NCBI GenBank assembly: GCA_030141605.1
Contig: JAQGDQ010000016.1
Location: 1 to 64,000 of the forward strand
Source of the DNA: Tubiluchus corallicola
Lineage: Eukaryota; Animalia; Priapulida
DNA length: 64,000 bases
Direction of reading: 5' to 3'
The notes beneath the pieces are model-generated. The model searched no databases. It saw only the letters and a program-made list of their open reading frames with translations, and was not told the DNA's origin. The position numbers and the translations under genes were made by a program. Shown in pieces: positions 36,331 through 50,132 of the stretch (its first letter is position 1; each line of letters starts with the position of its first letter).

Positions 36331-39300
36331 TTTTTTGTTTGCTGTTCATTTAATAGCTGCATTTATAAATTGACTGCATTGCTTGCTTTTTGTGTATATT
36401 TGTCACATTATGATTACTGATTGCTTTTGTTCATTTATTACATTTAAGACTTACTACGCAAATTTTCTTCCTTCTGTTTTTTTTTGTTGTTGTGCATTCA
36501 TGATTTAACTACATTTTCGTTCATTTGGTGCAGTTTAGTTCATTCGCTGCATTTATGATTTAACCACATTGCTTGCTTTTTTGTTGTTGCATTCATGACT
36601 TCACTGCATCTTGTTCAGTTGTTGTTTTAATTTTTAACTACATTATTTGCTTGCTTTTTTTCCATTGGTGTAATTATAATATAACTGCTTTGCATTATGT
36701 TTATTTGCTACACTTAAGATCTAACCATGTATTATTCACTTAACCATGTAGTCTGCCGTGTTTTATACTATTCCTAAGTTATATAGGGGTGGCTGACTTG
36801 ATGACCTCCTGGTCTTTCACCACCCCATCTCTACACACTTTACAAAACTTATTGTATTTGCGCTATAAATATTATATTAGAGATAAATAAACCTTTTGAA
36901 TTGAATTGAATACTACTACTACTTTGCAATACATGTTAAACACTGAGAATGTAACAAACTGGTGTTTTTTTCCGTCGTTTATTTTAAAATCCTTTGTTTC
37001 AGAAATGCGCATTTTCCACCGGAAACGGCAACGATAATGTTGATTGCTCGGATGATCGCCACAGTGATGCAGGTATTGTTGGAAGTATATATATATATGA
37101 TCATCATTCGTGTTGTTCATTCGTATACCTTCGCTTAAAGGGGAAGAAAAAGAAATTCTAAGGTATAAGCCAAAAAAATTTCCATTCAGAGTTATATGAC
37201 CTGTTTGAAAGACATGTAACTGAAAATAAAATTCGTAATAATTTAAAATTTTTGCACCCTGGTAATGCATCACTGTGTCATTATTCCAGTGTGCACCACT
37301 TGTTCACAAAAAAAACATTATTAATCTTATTAATAAGCCTAAGCAACTTAAGCTTTAGCTTATATTAGTAAAGTGTGTGCTACGAACGATGTGATTTTTA
37401 AGCTTTATTTATGAATAGCATTTTCTAGACACATGTAAGCAGTTAATCTCTGTGTCTTTACCACACTTTTGTATTTGTGTTTTTTGCCAACGTGCTTTAC
37501 ATATATATTGTTTTTATCATAGACAGTATTTTACTATCGGGTGTGAGTAAAATAAAAAAAAATATTGAACTGCAGGTGGTACCTTGCCAACAAGAGCTAT
37601 AACTACCCAGGTTGGTTTGGTAACAGCAGGTGCGAAGGCCAGGTAGTCTAACTCTTTTGACATTCATCCACGAAATAACAGAATGATGTGTGAGAAAAAC
37701 AATACCTTTATTGGCAAATTACATGAAGTAGATTAAAAAATAAAGATGAAATAGAGTTTACACTGTCATAGATTAACCTAGCTGAACCAGTGAAAGAGCA
37801 GAGAAAACCGCTTTTATACAGGTCAGATGCATGACTTGGCTTCAACAGAAACTTACATTTAGCATAAAAGGGGTGTTCAGTACAATATTAGTGACCTCAT
37901 GTTTACTGCTGTATAGCGATGATCAGTTTCAACGACAATAAACTTCTGCTAGCTTTTTTCACTTAACAACATATTTTTTCTTTGAATGACAAATCTTTAA
38001 CCTGAGCTCCACCAAATTTTGCTTAGCAACATTTTGTACAAAAGAGTCACTGCTAATTGAACTTAAAAGCTACTACAAGTTTACAGTACGACTCATAGCA
38101 GCAAAGCTGTTAATCTGTGTGATACTTGTACTTTACATTAATTTGCAGTGAAATTGGCTTAAAATATGGAAACTGAACAAATTAATTGCTACAATCACAA
38201 TTTAGACACAATAGCTTTGTACTTAAAGCTGTAAAGGAAATTGCTGATTTCATTTATTAAGACTGCAACTGAGAGACTAGAATCTGGATTACCAAGTGTC
38301 ATAATACATTTGGATTTTCCAGATAAGTGTTTTGTGGATCGTTTGTGATGCTGTTATTCAGAAATTAGGTTAGAGAGATCTGTGCACTTCAAAGTGTTGC
38401 GTGTGAACACACATATCGATAAGAAGAAATTATGAAATCTAAAAATTCATTTCCACCAATAACCGGTGATGGGGTATTGATGTTTGTGATGAAGTCTATT
38501 ATCAGTTTAAAGTTTGTTATGTGTTTTGAGGCATTGTGCTCCAATTAGCATTCTTTCATCAATGTTATACAAGTTGTTTGTCTAGTGTTGCCAGACAAAC
38601 ATCTGGAAATATTGAACAGCTGGCCAAGGGTGTAATTCTCTTATTCTCATGGTCTGATTCTCATTCTCACGGTATTTGAAGTTTCTCACATATTTTGGGA
38701 TGTTGTTTTCTTGTCAACACAAGTCTTACAACATGTAGAGTTGTTTGTTTGTTATCAGAGAAACGTGTGGCAACGTGTTTACATCGAAAAGGTGTAATTC
38801 TCTTGTTGACTCAGCTATTGCTGCTTGATGCTGCTCTTTTAAATGGTTTTGTGGACACATGCACAGCTCTTATGAAGTGTCTGCTAAACATTGTCCCCAA
38901 GTGAAGACAGTTCTTTTTGCTTTCAATGCTATTAAGAATAAATAGTCAACAAAGCATAATAAAAAATGTTAATTGAGTGATTGACAATTTAGTTTAATGG
39001 TTATGAAGGTTTTTCAGATTACTGTGCAATCAACAACTGTCAGTGCAAATAGACAGAGAAGTGGTTGACTGCTAAACTTTCCTCCAGCATCGAGCTGAAG
39101 CTTAAAGCTACACCTGCTGCTGCAGTAGGCGTTGCGTAATAGACTCAGTTTGGGACCGAAGTGTTTTGACCCAATTAACCGACTGAACTCATTAACCAAT
39201 GGGTGTAGCATTACTGGCGTAGAAATATGAGTCATCAGCTTAGTATGTGCTGCGAAGGTTTTTAATGAATTTTAGAAATGAAGTAATGCTAAATTTCTTT

Positions 39301-42300
39301 GTGCAGTTAAAAATTAAAATAAATATACAAGGGATAGGCTTATCTCTTGCAACGTAGTTGGAATTGAATCGCAAGTGAATCGGGTGTGACTAAAACAGTT
39401 TCTGAATCGTCTGTTCACTTACATTGCTCCATGACATAGCCAGTAAATGTAGTGCTTTCTAGAAATTCTTGGGTAACGAGGTTAACTGCAGTGGACGAGC
39501 TGGTAACAAGTTCAAAGCAAAACTGCTGCGCTAACCTGTTAGCGCTTGATAAACGTACCTGCTTACAAACAATAGGGTACTTAACACGATTGTTTCTACA
39601 TGTATTATGGTACCCAAAAGCGAAGTAAAGATAACATAGTATGAAATGCTGTTTGGGCACATACAAATGTCTTATGTTAAGTATGTGAAGGAAAAATATT
39701 GAGTCAATTATGCAGAGTTATTTGAGTCAATTACCGACAGTTTTTATGTACATTTGAATAGAAGCGTTTTTGAGTCAATTAAGCAACTGAGTTTATTAAC
39801 TGTGTCTATTAAGCTGCGCCTACTGTATTAGTTTAGTAAAAATTCTACTAGATGGGAATACCAGTGCTGCTGACAATGTTTCCCTTAGAATGCTTTCGGG
39901 GTGTCCGTGTGATTGATGATCTTTCAGAATGACCAAAGAACATCTTGAGTCACTATTTCTTTATTTAGCAATGCCCTCTGGAAATACTTCAAACTTTTCT
40001 ACTCTATCAGATGGCACTAGCAGTGCTTATAGATGGTCTCATACTGTGCTCATAGTGGCTGTGTGCATAGTAGTAGTATTGACCTTGGTTATAATTAGTG
40101 GCAATTTGTTACTTATGATTGCTGTTTACAAGCATGAACAGCTACAGACAAAAATGAATGTGCTTATCGTGTCACTAGCCGTAACAGATTTATTGTATGG
40201 GCTGTTGGGGCTGCCTTTAGAAATCTTGTTTTGGCAATTTCGATCAGGTCATGGATTGCTTTTAGTCACTGTTCAAATAGTGTTTAGTGTCGGTACAACA
40301 CACCTGTGGCTGATAGCCATTGAGAGATACCTGGCGGTTTTACATCCTTACAAGTACAACGTTTACATTACTAGAAGAACGTTAGCTGTTGCCATAGTTA
40401 CAGCATGGTTTTACTCAATCATTTTGGTGTGCTTGGAAATGCATGTCGCTGCCATTATCAACATAAACACATTTTTTTTGCCCATGTTTATTATGTTGCT
40501 ACTGTATGCATTAATATGGAAAGCGGCGAGGAGGCAGCTCTTGCAAATTCACAATCAAAACCGGGAAGCTCGCGTAAAAGTGACAGAGATGAAGGCTACA
40601 AAGACTCTGACCATTGTCACCGCAGTGTTCTTTATTTGTTGGGGCCCACCGCTGATTGCATCACTAATCACCAAGCTGACTAGATTCTCCGTGTCCGACA
40701 AAATTTATAAGCTTCTTGTGTTGCTTGGCCTCTGCAACAGTGCTGCCAATCCAATAATATATGCAGCTTCCCACAGTAAGTTCAGAATGGCCTTCAAGAA
40801 GACCATTAGATGCGAGTGAAAGTGACTGGATAAGTGATTTAACAGTAAATGTTAATGATTATAAAGAAATGCTTTTTTGGTAGTTTGTCTCACAGAGATC
40901 CTGCCCTTCTAGCAAGACTGTGGTTAACAACCTTCGCTGTGTCCGACTGAAAACTCTGACTTCACAAGGTGCAGGGAGAATGAGTATAGCGTATGCTTAA
41001 TTTAGCTAGCAAGTAGAATTGCCAGAAATCAGTCGACTCACAACTTGGTGAATTGAAAAAAGGAATTGAAATCCTGATTTCGGCTAATTCTAATAATTGT
41101 TCTTCTATGGTTTAAAACAGTAGAACTAAAATCACTGTTATTGTTTTTTGCAATGTTATTTTGATTTCTTAATTGTTGTTATTAAAGCATTAATTCACAG
41201 TAAGATTGCATTAAGATTTTTTAACTGAAATATGTTAATACAGTCGCAAGTTCGAAATTATTGCTCTACATTTAGAATAGAGAGTGAAACTGTACTTTGT
41301 TAATGTTGCAACTGACGTCAGTTAATTAAAACGATTTGATGGCATTTACTGAGAACCTCCTGAATTCAGAACATTTCAAAACATTATGAAGCCTTTTTTC
41401 TGCATTATTTTTTTTGGACTTGAGATCCATTTGTACTGTGCAGATGCTGAATCCAAGTTTGAGTCTGTGCCAAATCCAATTCCGGATATTGGACTGGTTT
41501 AACTCTGGCCTGTGTGTGGACTTGATTTGCCTGAATGAACCAGGAATGAACAAATGGCTGGTATTCCTGTTTCAGTGTTAAAGCAGTAATAGAGAAATCC
41601 CATTGGGTGATAAGTCTTAATTGCTGTAAACTGAGGCACCATCTAGTTAGATGACACACATCATCTAGGATTTGGTTTCGGATTTTCCAGGTGGATCACA
41701 TCTGATGGCGCTCTGGAGAGATTAAGTTTGACAGGCCGCTGCACTTAGTGATCTTCTGCCTGAATGTTGAACACAATTGGATAATTCAGACTTTTAAACA
41801 GAGGAGTAAAATGCCTAGATTATAATGCTAATTGCAATCTCAGTGGAAATGAGATGTTTGAACTTCCCTTGCATGTTGGAGCCATTTGTTCTCACTTCCA
41901 TTTGCTGATCAACTACAATCTCATTGGTGATGCAGTGCAGCATTGTGTATTTGCTGATGCTAGACAAACACTCAGTCAATTGTCAAATGTGTGGCACTCG
42001 TGACAGTTCAGCTGCTATTGCCGCTTTCCGTAAGTGAAAGCACATTCATTTGCTTGCTATGTCTGTAAAGGCATAAAGCATAAATGTTTAATGCGTTATT
42101 ACATTTGCAGTTTAGAAATTGTTGATCTACACATAGATCTGATGATGAAAAAGTTTTAAATTTAATACCACGACTGACAGCAGTTAACTAAAACTGTATG
42201 ATGTTGCTTACCGAGAGCGTCTTGCATTCAATTTGCAATCAGTTTTACCAGCTATTTCTTAACCATTTTTAAAATCCAACCTTCTTGATGTACAAAGCCG

Positions 42301-45300
42301 CAGTTGTCTCGAAGTCCTTAGCTATTTGTACTATACAAGATGTTCACTTAATTTTCACTGTTTTGATATTGTAATGGTTTTTCGTGCCTGTGTAATTTTG
42401 GTGTGCTAAATGTACAGATTGGAATCTTTTGGTTTAATTTTTAGCACTGAAAATGACATTTTTATGCCTGGAGTGATTGTCAATAAACGATGTGATGAAC
42501 ACATATGATGTAACACAGAATAGTTTCTTTGCTTTTGCCTGGCAGCATTGAACAGCAGACCAAGGGTGTGAGTCTTTCATTTGCTCAGCTGCTCCAGCTT
42601 GATTCTGCTCTTTTATTTTGTGGGCAAACGTGCCACTCTCCATATGAAACATTCTCTCTGCAGCATCAAGTGAAAACAGGTCTCCTTATTTTCGATACTA
42701 GTAAAGATACAATAGTTATGAAGCATATAAAAGAACTTTAATTGAATATTCGACAATTTAGTTTAACTGTTATGAAGGTTTTTCAGAGTACTGTGCAATA
42801 CACAACTGTCACTGTGAAAAGGCAAAGAAGTAATGGGTTTCTAGCATTTTCTCTAGCATTGAGCTGAAGCTTAAAGCTACACTTGCTGATGTTAGTTCAG
42901 TAACAATTCTACTAGATGGGAATACATGTCATGTAAACCGTGCTGCTAACAGTATGTTAACTTTCATAATATAGTGACTCTATTGACAGTTTTCGTTGGA
43001 TCAGAGAAATCAGCTAGAATGTGAAAAGTTCTTTAATTATCCACTGGAAATTGAATTCAAGTCGTTTGCATTCTCTGTTGCTGCTTTTTCTGCTACGCCA
43101 TTGAGAAACCTCACTTTTAAGAGGTGTAATTTACAATGGCAGCTGATTGGGTTTTTCTAATGAAATCTGAACAGTGTTTGCTGTGAATGTTTCCCTTGGG
43201 AAGCTTTCGGGGTGTTCGTGTGGCTGATGATCTTGCGGAGTGACCAAAACTCATCTTATATTCGTTACTTCTTTATTTGGCAATGTCCTCCGGAAATGTT
43301 ACAAATTTTTCTCTACTGGCAGATAGTAGTAAAATTGCTCGTAGATGGCCTGATGCTGTGCTTGCAGTCATTTTGTGCATAAAAATAGCGTTAGTTGTGG
43401 TTATTATTACTGTTAACTTTTATTAACTGTGGTCGCAGTTTGCAAGTACAAAGAGCTTCAGACAAAAATGAATGTGCTTATTGTGTCACTAGCTGTAACG
43501 GATCTATTGTATGGGCTGTTGGGGCTGTCTGCAGAAATCTCGCGTTTGTTTTCTCAAACACATCTTGTAGAATATTTAGAGATTGTTCGCTTGGTAATGT
43601 TTAGTGCGGGTACAGCACACCTGTGTCTGATAGCAATTGAAAGATACCTTGCGGTTTTACATCCTTACAAGCACAACACTTACGTTACGATAAGAATGCT
43701 AACCATTGGCATATTTGTAGCATGGCTTTACTCAGTCGTTTTGGTGTGCCTGGATGAAAACATGTTTGTGATGCGTGATGTTTTTGCAATAATTGTAGTT
43801 TTCTTACCTATGTTTGTCATGCTGATGTTGTATGTATGGTATGGAAAGCTGCAAGAAGGCAATTATTGCAAATTCATGATCGAAACCGGCAAACCAACAC
43901 AACAGTGACCGAAATGAAGGCGACGAGGATTTTGATAGTTGTTACTATCGTATTTTTGTTACTTTGGGTCCAGTGGTGATCGTCGAGCTCCCCACATTCT
44001 CTGTGCCGGAAGATGTTTTTCAGGCCATCCTACTCCTCAGTCTGTGCAACAGTGCTGCCAATCCAATAATATATGCGGCTTCACACAGTAAGTTTAGAAC
44101 GACCTTCAAGAAGATCATAAGATGCGAGTGAAAATAAAGTGTTACTGATTTTAAACTGATGTGCTTTTGGATAGAAATTTGAATGACTCAAAGAAACAAT
44201 GGCATTTTCGAAGCTATTATGTATTTACTAAAACAGATCTATCAAGAGAACATTTTGTTCACACCCACTAATGTTTTTGGTTGAATTACTAGAATGGCCA
44301 TTCTAAGCAAGTTTAATTTTTTCTTTTCCAATACAAAGAAAATGCGCAGCAAAATGTTTGATGAACCTCAGATTTGTCATGTTGTGCCAGAACTGAGTGC
44401 AGCAAGAATGAGTACATCAGTTATTATATTTGAGTAGCCTAAGGCACAAAGTCGGTTCCAGAAATCTGCCGACTCATATCTGCTGAAGCAAGTAAAATTT
44501 CAGCTCTGACTGTTTGTAACAACTATCTTCCATCCATATTAAAACTAGAGCAACTAGATTCATACTTGGTCGACTTATTCTGTGTTCTTGATAGAACAAC
44601 CAGTGGAATTGCATTGCAAAGTTATGTTGTTTCTTGCTAACCCCGTAAACAAGCTACTGCATAACTTCGTCACATGTTCATGCAGTTTACTGCTAAATTC
44701 TATTACATTTTTTTAGGTATTGATACAGATGATTAATTGTTACTAGATTGTTGACAGTGAACATTTCATTTTTTAATTTGGTAGTACCTGGGACTGATTT
44801 TCCTTCTTGAACAAAAAAACGTTTAGTTGTTAGATAATGTTTTGGAATTTTTATAATTTTGAATAAGTGAAATTTAATATGCCTACATGCCTAAATGTAT
44901 TTTTAGCATAGTAAGTGAAATAAAGAGAAGAAATTTAAGACAGGTCTTAAATTCGACACCTTGCCTTCAAACTAGAAAAAAAGGGAAGCAAGAAAAAAGA
45001 GAAACAAGAAAAAATACTTTTTTAATCCATTTTTTCAGTCTGAGTGCAAGGCTTCGAATTCAAGATGAGCATTAATCAAATTAATTCAAATTAGAATTCA
45101 ACTTAATTAAGTGTAGTAATATGTACTGAGCAAGACTACATTCACGATAATATTGCGCATTCGGACTGATACATTTCCTCGCCAAGTAACTCTCAAGCTT
45201 GTTCAGACGAGAGAGCAAAACTTCCTTCGACAGTAAGCGCAAGCTGACGCTCGCTTCTCTGTTTGCTACAAGAAGTGTCAAGTGTAATTCGTCAAGCTGT

Positions 45301-48300
45301 TCACACTAAACAGTAAATCAATTCGCAACAACTGTGGGAGAGCTTTAAATTTCTTGCCGACAGTAACTCGCAAAGCAGTTCACTCTTCCGAGTTAGCTGA
45401 CAGAGAGAAAACTCGCGACAGAAAACTTGCTTGTCTGTAGGGGTTGTTATAATTAGTTATTCTACTGAACTCAGTATGGTGGCAGTGGTAAGTTGCACGT
45501 TGAAAAGTTTCCTGAAAGAACTTTTGGCAGAAATACTACAGAATTTTTACCGATTTGCAAATGCAAGACCTGTGTATCGTGTAATTCAAGGCAATTTCAT
45601 CGTTTGAAATTCCGTGTAATTTAGAAACTTTACCATTTCCCAAAATCAGAACTATTTCAATGCACAAAAGTCAAGATAATTCTACCATGCTCTACTGCAT
45701 CATGAGGTTCAGAGCATTTCTACTGTGCTCTACTGCATCACGAAGTTCAGAGCAATTCTCATGCTCTACTGCATCACGAAGTTTAGAGCAATTCTACCAT
45801 GATCTACTGCATCATGAGGTTCAGAGCAATTCTACCATGCTCTACTGCATCATGAGATTCAGAGCATTTCTACCATGCTCTACTGCATCACGAGGTTCAG
45901 AGCAATTCTACCATGATCTACTGCATCATGAGGTTCAGAACAATTCTACCATGCTCTACTGCATCATGAGGTTCAGAGCAATTCTACCGTGCTCTACTGC
46001 ATCATGGGATTCAGAGCAATTCGACCGTGCTCTACTGCATCATGAGGTTCAGAGCAATTCTACCATTCTCACCATACTGATTTCCATGCAATAATTGAGT
46101 ATAATAGTAAGAGTGTGGAAAGACATTTTTACATCTTTTAATTGTTTTTTTAGTCCGAGGATAAAGCGTCGATTCTAGCTTGTTTTTCCAACTTTCAATG
46201 TGCAACTTCGAATGAACAAGACAACATCGTTCATAAACTACTGGGAGAAAAGTTTCAGGTAACATCTTTTTGTGTAAATGAGAATCTTAATTTCGAATAA
46301 AAACTGCTTATTTTATTATCTGGTGCTGATATCTTTTTGTGGCCATTAAACGATTATGAGTAAAGGAGTTTCTCACCAACGAAGAATGATTCCTTTCTTC
46401 AAAACATTTATTTGTTTTTTTATTTCTGCAGATAAAAAGTAAACATGAAAAAATGGATTATAATATGTTGATTTGTCTATTATGTAGGCATTCAGTTACT
46501 GAGGAAACATGCGGTGAAAAAACTTTTGCTGTTATTGCTAGTAATGCAACCGAGCTACCAATCGATAAATAACTTTATTGCTTCTTTTTCAAATTTCAGG
46601 ACCAAATCGAAGTGTTACGAAATCTCGTTATTTCCACGTTGTACGATCAAGCTGTACATGAGGTAAGGCTGCCTCTTCCCCGGTGCATTCGTTTGGCAGC
46701 ATTGGGATAATTCCTTTACTAATGTAACCATTTCGGTTACTGTTACATGTAATTCTTTACACTTACAAATTATGTTGTCAAAAAGTAACTAGTTACAGTT
46801 ACAGTTTCTTTAACTTCTTCAGGACTTCATTCACCATATGAACCCACGGTTTCTGCTTTTGTATTTGTAATAACTAAATGATTACAAATTAGGTATTGTT
46901 CTATTCAGAAGGATCTCGGCTAACTAATCATGTTATGTGTTAAACATTTATAAGTGATTTAATTGGTCAAAATTGAGAAAGACGCCCTTTTGGACACTCC
47001 AATTTTGCCTATTGAGTAGCTTAGTCTGGTGTACACTTGCATGATCGTACACACTATTTTATTGATCGCCTGCTTCCTACAGCCTAAGTGAATGGTCTGC
47101 TGTACAGAGTTCCAGGAAAAACCAATCGATCAGCTAAAGACAAATCAAGGACAAATTTCAACCTTTAAGCATTTGCCGATTTCACACAGATCACACTAGA
47201 CATTGTTACAGTGCAAACATTGCAGTTACTGAAAGTTTTTCATTTTTTGTCAAAAGTCAATTTTTAATTTGACTAAGCTAACCAAATGCATCTCATATAT
47301 AATCTTGCATAAAAAACCATTGTGTAAGTAGTAAAAACCTAGAAAATTATCAAATATAACGTAATCGCCGCTTGGTGAGAGCCTTTTTTATGAACCTATG
47401 CAAAATGTAGCAAATGTTTACGGTCCTTAAAAAGTAACTGTTAGTTTTACTGAAGTTATGTCTGCTATGGACATGAAACTGGCAGAATGAAGTCGCACTG
47501 TTGATTTGTACAGCAGAAACTGTTCTCCATAGCAACAAACTGACTGTACAGTACTGAAGTACTGAAAGTACAGTATAGTGGGCAGAGTACAGTATTTATA
47601 AACTTTGGTTTGATTCTATTTGACACAAATGCAATGTAAAAGTGACTGTTATCTCCATTACATGTTACAGCAGAAAGATGTCGGTTACAAGTTAACTTCT
47701 AAAATAACTAATATTTGTAACTTTCTCGTTACAAATTTTAGTTATTTTCTAAAGTCCTCAATATTTTCTCCCTCCTCAATAGTTAGTTATGTTTATTTAA
47801 TATTTATACAGAAATTAATCTTCTCTCATCATAAATATTACTATGATGTTACTAGCCTCTTGCTTGTAAGTTGCCATATCAAATTATTAACTAATTCAGT
47901 CTAAATTAATCCCAATTTCTTTATATTAATAATCATTATGTCTTGTTACATTAATATAATAATAATAGTTGTATAATTTTTCTACAGGTCCCCATGAACT
48001 AATTATGTTATCTAATATATAAGGGGAGTGTGTAAATGACCACTTGATCCTACACTCCCCTCACGCAAACTGCATTTGCTCATTGGTAATATTACTTTTG
48101 TAACCATGTTTCAGTTTTATGTGTGAAATAAAATATCATAGTTCATAAAAGTTGTAACTCGCTAAAGTTACGGCTCTTGAATTTATTTTGAACCGTTTAC
48201 TTCCATCAATTCCACTTTGGGGGGTTGTCTGCTTGTTTGTCTGTACATCTTTAATCTTTATGCAGCCTTTCAGGAGGCTAAGACTCGGCAATCAACTGCT

Positions 48301-50067
48301 AGGCCTAAATAATGCGAATTCATTGCTGTCTGAAAAGTTTATTTAACTGACTATGTTTTTTTAATTAGTGGTTGACGGCCGATGGTTTTCAAAGTTTGCT
48401 GGCTCTAATTGGTACAAATCAACAAGGTATTGGGACAAGGTATGAAGCAATTCTACCTTTATGAATGACAAATTTACCTCTTTTTCTTGCTGTCGTGAAG
48501 CTCACAATTTCTTTATCTTATTTTTTATTAGTTCTTAATTATGATCATTAGTCATATTATTACATTCTCTTGTTAAAACATTAAAATCCCACACAAGAAA
48601 TTTCAGCTATAAAATAAGTCTATTTCTTTATATACAGTCTAAACTTTCATCCTTGAATTAGTATGCACAACATTTACCTTCATTGAATTGCTGGCTTCCT
48701 TGCTTCATGGAAAAAACTTACCTGGGCAGTTGGCTTTCAGATATCACTGAGTAAGTATGTGACTTAAACTGAGAGAGCAATGTATAGTGTTATTAATGAT
48801 TTATATAAATAAAGCTCACCTGTATTCTACTTGAATGCTACCTGTATTCTGATGTCTTAGCAATTACCTTCAGAACTTCTTCATACTTGCAACATTTTCA
48901 CGTATGCTTGGACAAGCAATTTAAACTTTTTTATATACAATTTATCTTACTGCGAATCTGAATCCAACAGTAAGGTCTACTTAAAGGAAGACAGGATGGT
49001 TTTTGCATATACTACCCCAATTATACATTTTAACACTGTTAATGCTACAAAAGTATTTCTGATGATTACATAATGGATTAAAAACTTAATTAACGACGGG
49101 CGAGCGCCACTGTTCATGACATCACGAACTAACATAATTTTCAACAGCAAAAGTATTCCATGAGTGTGTTGCACGTGTTTGTGAAAGCGAAAATTGAATT
49201 ACAGTGCTACTGTAAGATATTCAGTGTGTTGTGCTAAAACTAGGCAAATTTTAAGATAAAAATTCAAATTTCAAATTTACCATTGTGCTCACGCGTGAGC
49301 TGTCGAACGTGTGTAGTTCATCACAAACTAACACATCTGAACTGTGAGGTGTAGCACCTGTTTTTGTGCAAAGCGTTTCCGAAATGCAGGCACTAGTGTT
49401 CGTCTAACTAACAAATAGCAAAATGCATGTAACAGAGAAGAACTAGTGGCGTGAACGTGAAATTGTGTTAGTTTGGTAATAATTCTTTCACGTAAGTCAT
49501 ACTTTAAAAATTAGTATGTTTCCTTTCAATATTTTAAAGAATAAATTGTTTTGACCTACAGCTTAAGATTGGGTCTGATTTTGCTTTAATGCCTATAATA
49601 CACCAAAGCGGTCAGCATCTGGCACCAGGTCCAGCATTCGGTAGCGAGAAAAAATGTATATTATGTATTGTCAATGGGTGATGAGACCAAAGATTCTGGC
49701 AGCGACTATCTGGAAGTTGTTCGTGTTTTTTGAGCATCCTGTGTCAGTTCCTCAATCAGCAAATATGCAGTGATGATTTATTTGGTTCTTGACTTTCTGG
49801 CTTGTCGTTTACATTAGCATTACTTTTAGTAGAATCGTCCTTCTCGATACCAGGCCGATGTTCTGAATCATAAAGAACTTCTGGCATAGCAGTTTTACCC
49901 TGTTTACTAGATTCTTTCAAATCTTTAGGTTCACCAGTAACTATTTAGTATTTAGTAGCAGAAATATTTTTATGTTGAAGACTTCTAGGTTTTCCCAACG
50001 TTAATCTAATCTTTTTTATTGCAGATGGTTCAGATTCTGAATACATGTCATTTGCACTATTAGAAGC

Positions 50068-50132
<65 letters not shown>

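Noticed and set aside
36008-36373. Poly-Cys/Ala/Ser ORFs (also 13363-13759, 17225-17585, 59812-60423)
   Set aside because: Translations of trinucleotide or low-complexity repeats, located in introns or mobile elements.
41326-41960. Short minus-strand ORFs between the GPCR copies, possibly a decayed transposon gene
   Set aside because: I recognised no domain motif, termini or splice-consistent frame, so it cannot be supported without a search.
45660-46094. 144-aa ORF over the 38-bp minisatellite
   Set aside because: The unit length is not a multiple of 3, so the peptide just cycles through the three frames of the repeat, and it lies inside a SMYD5 intron.
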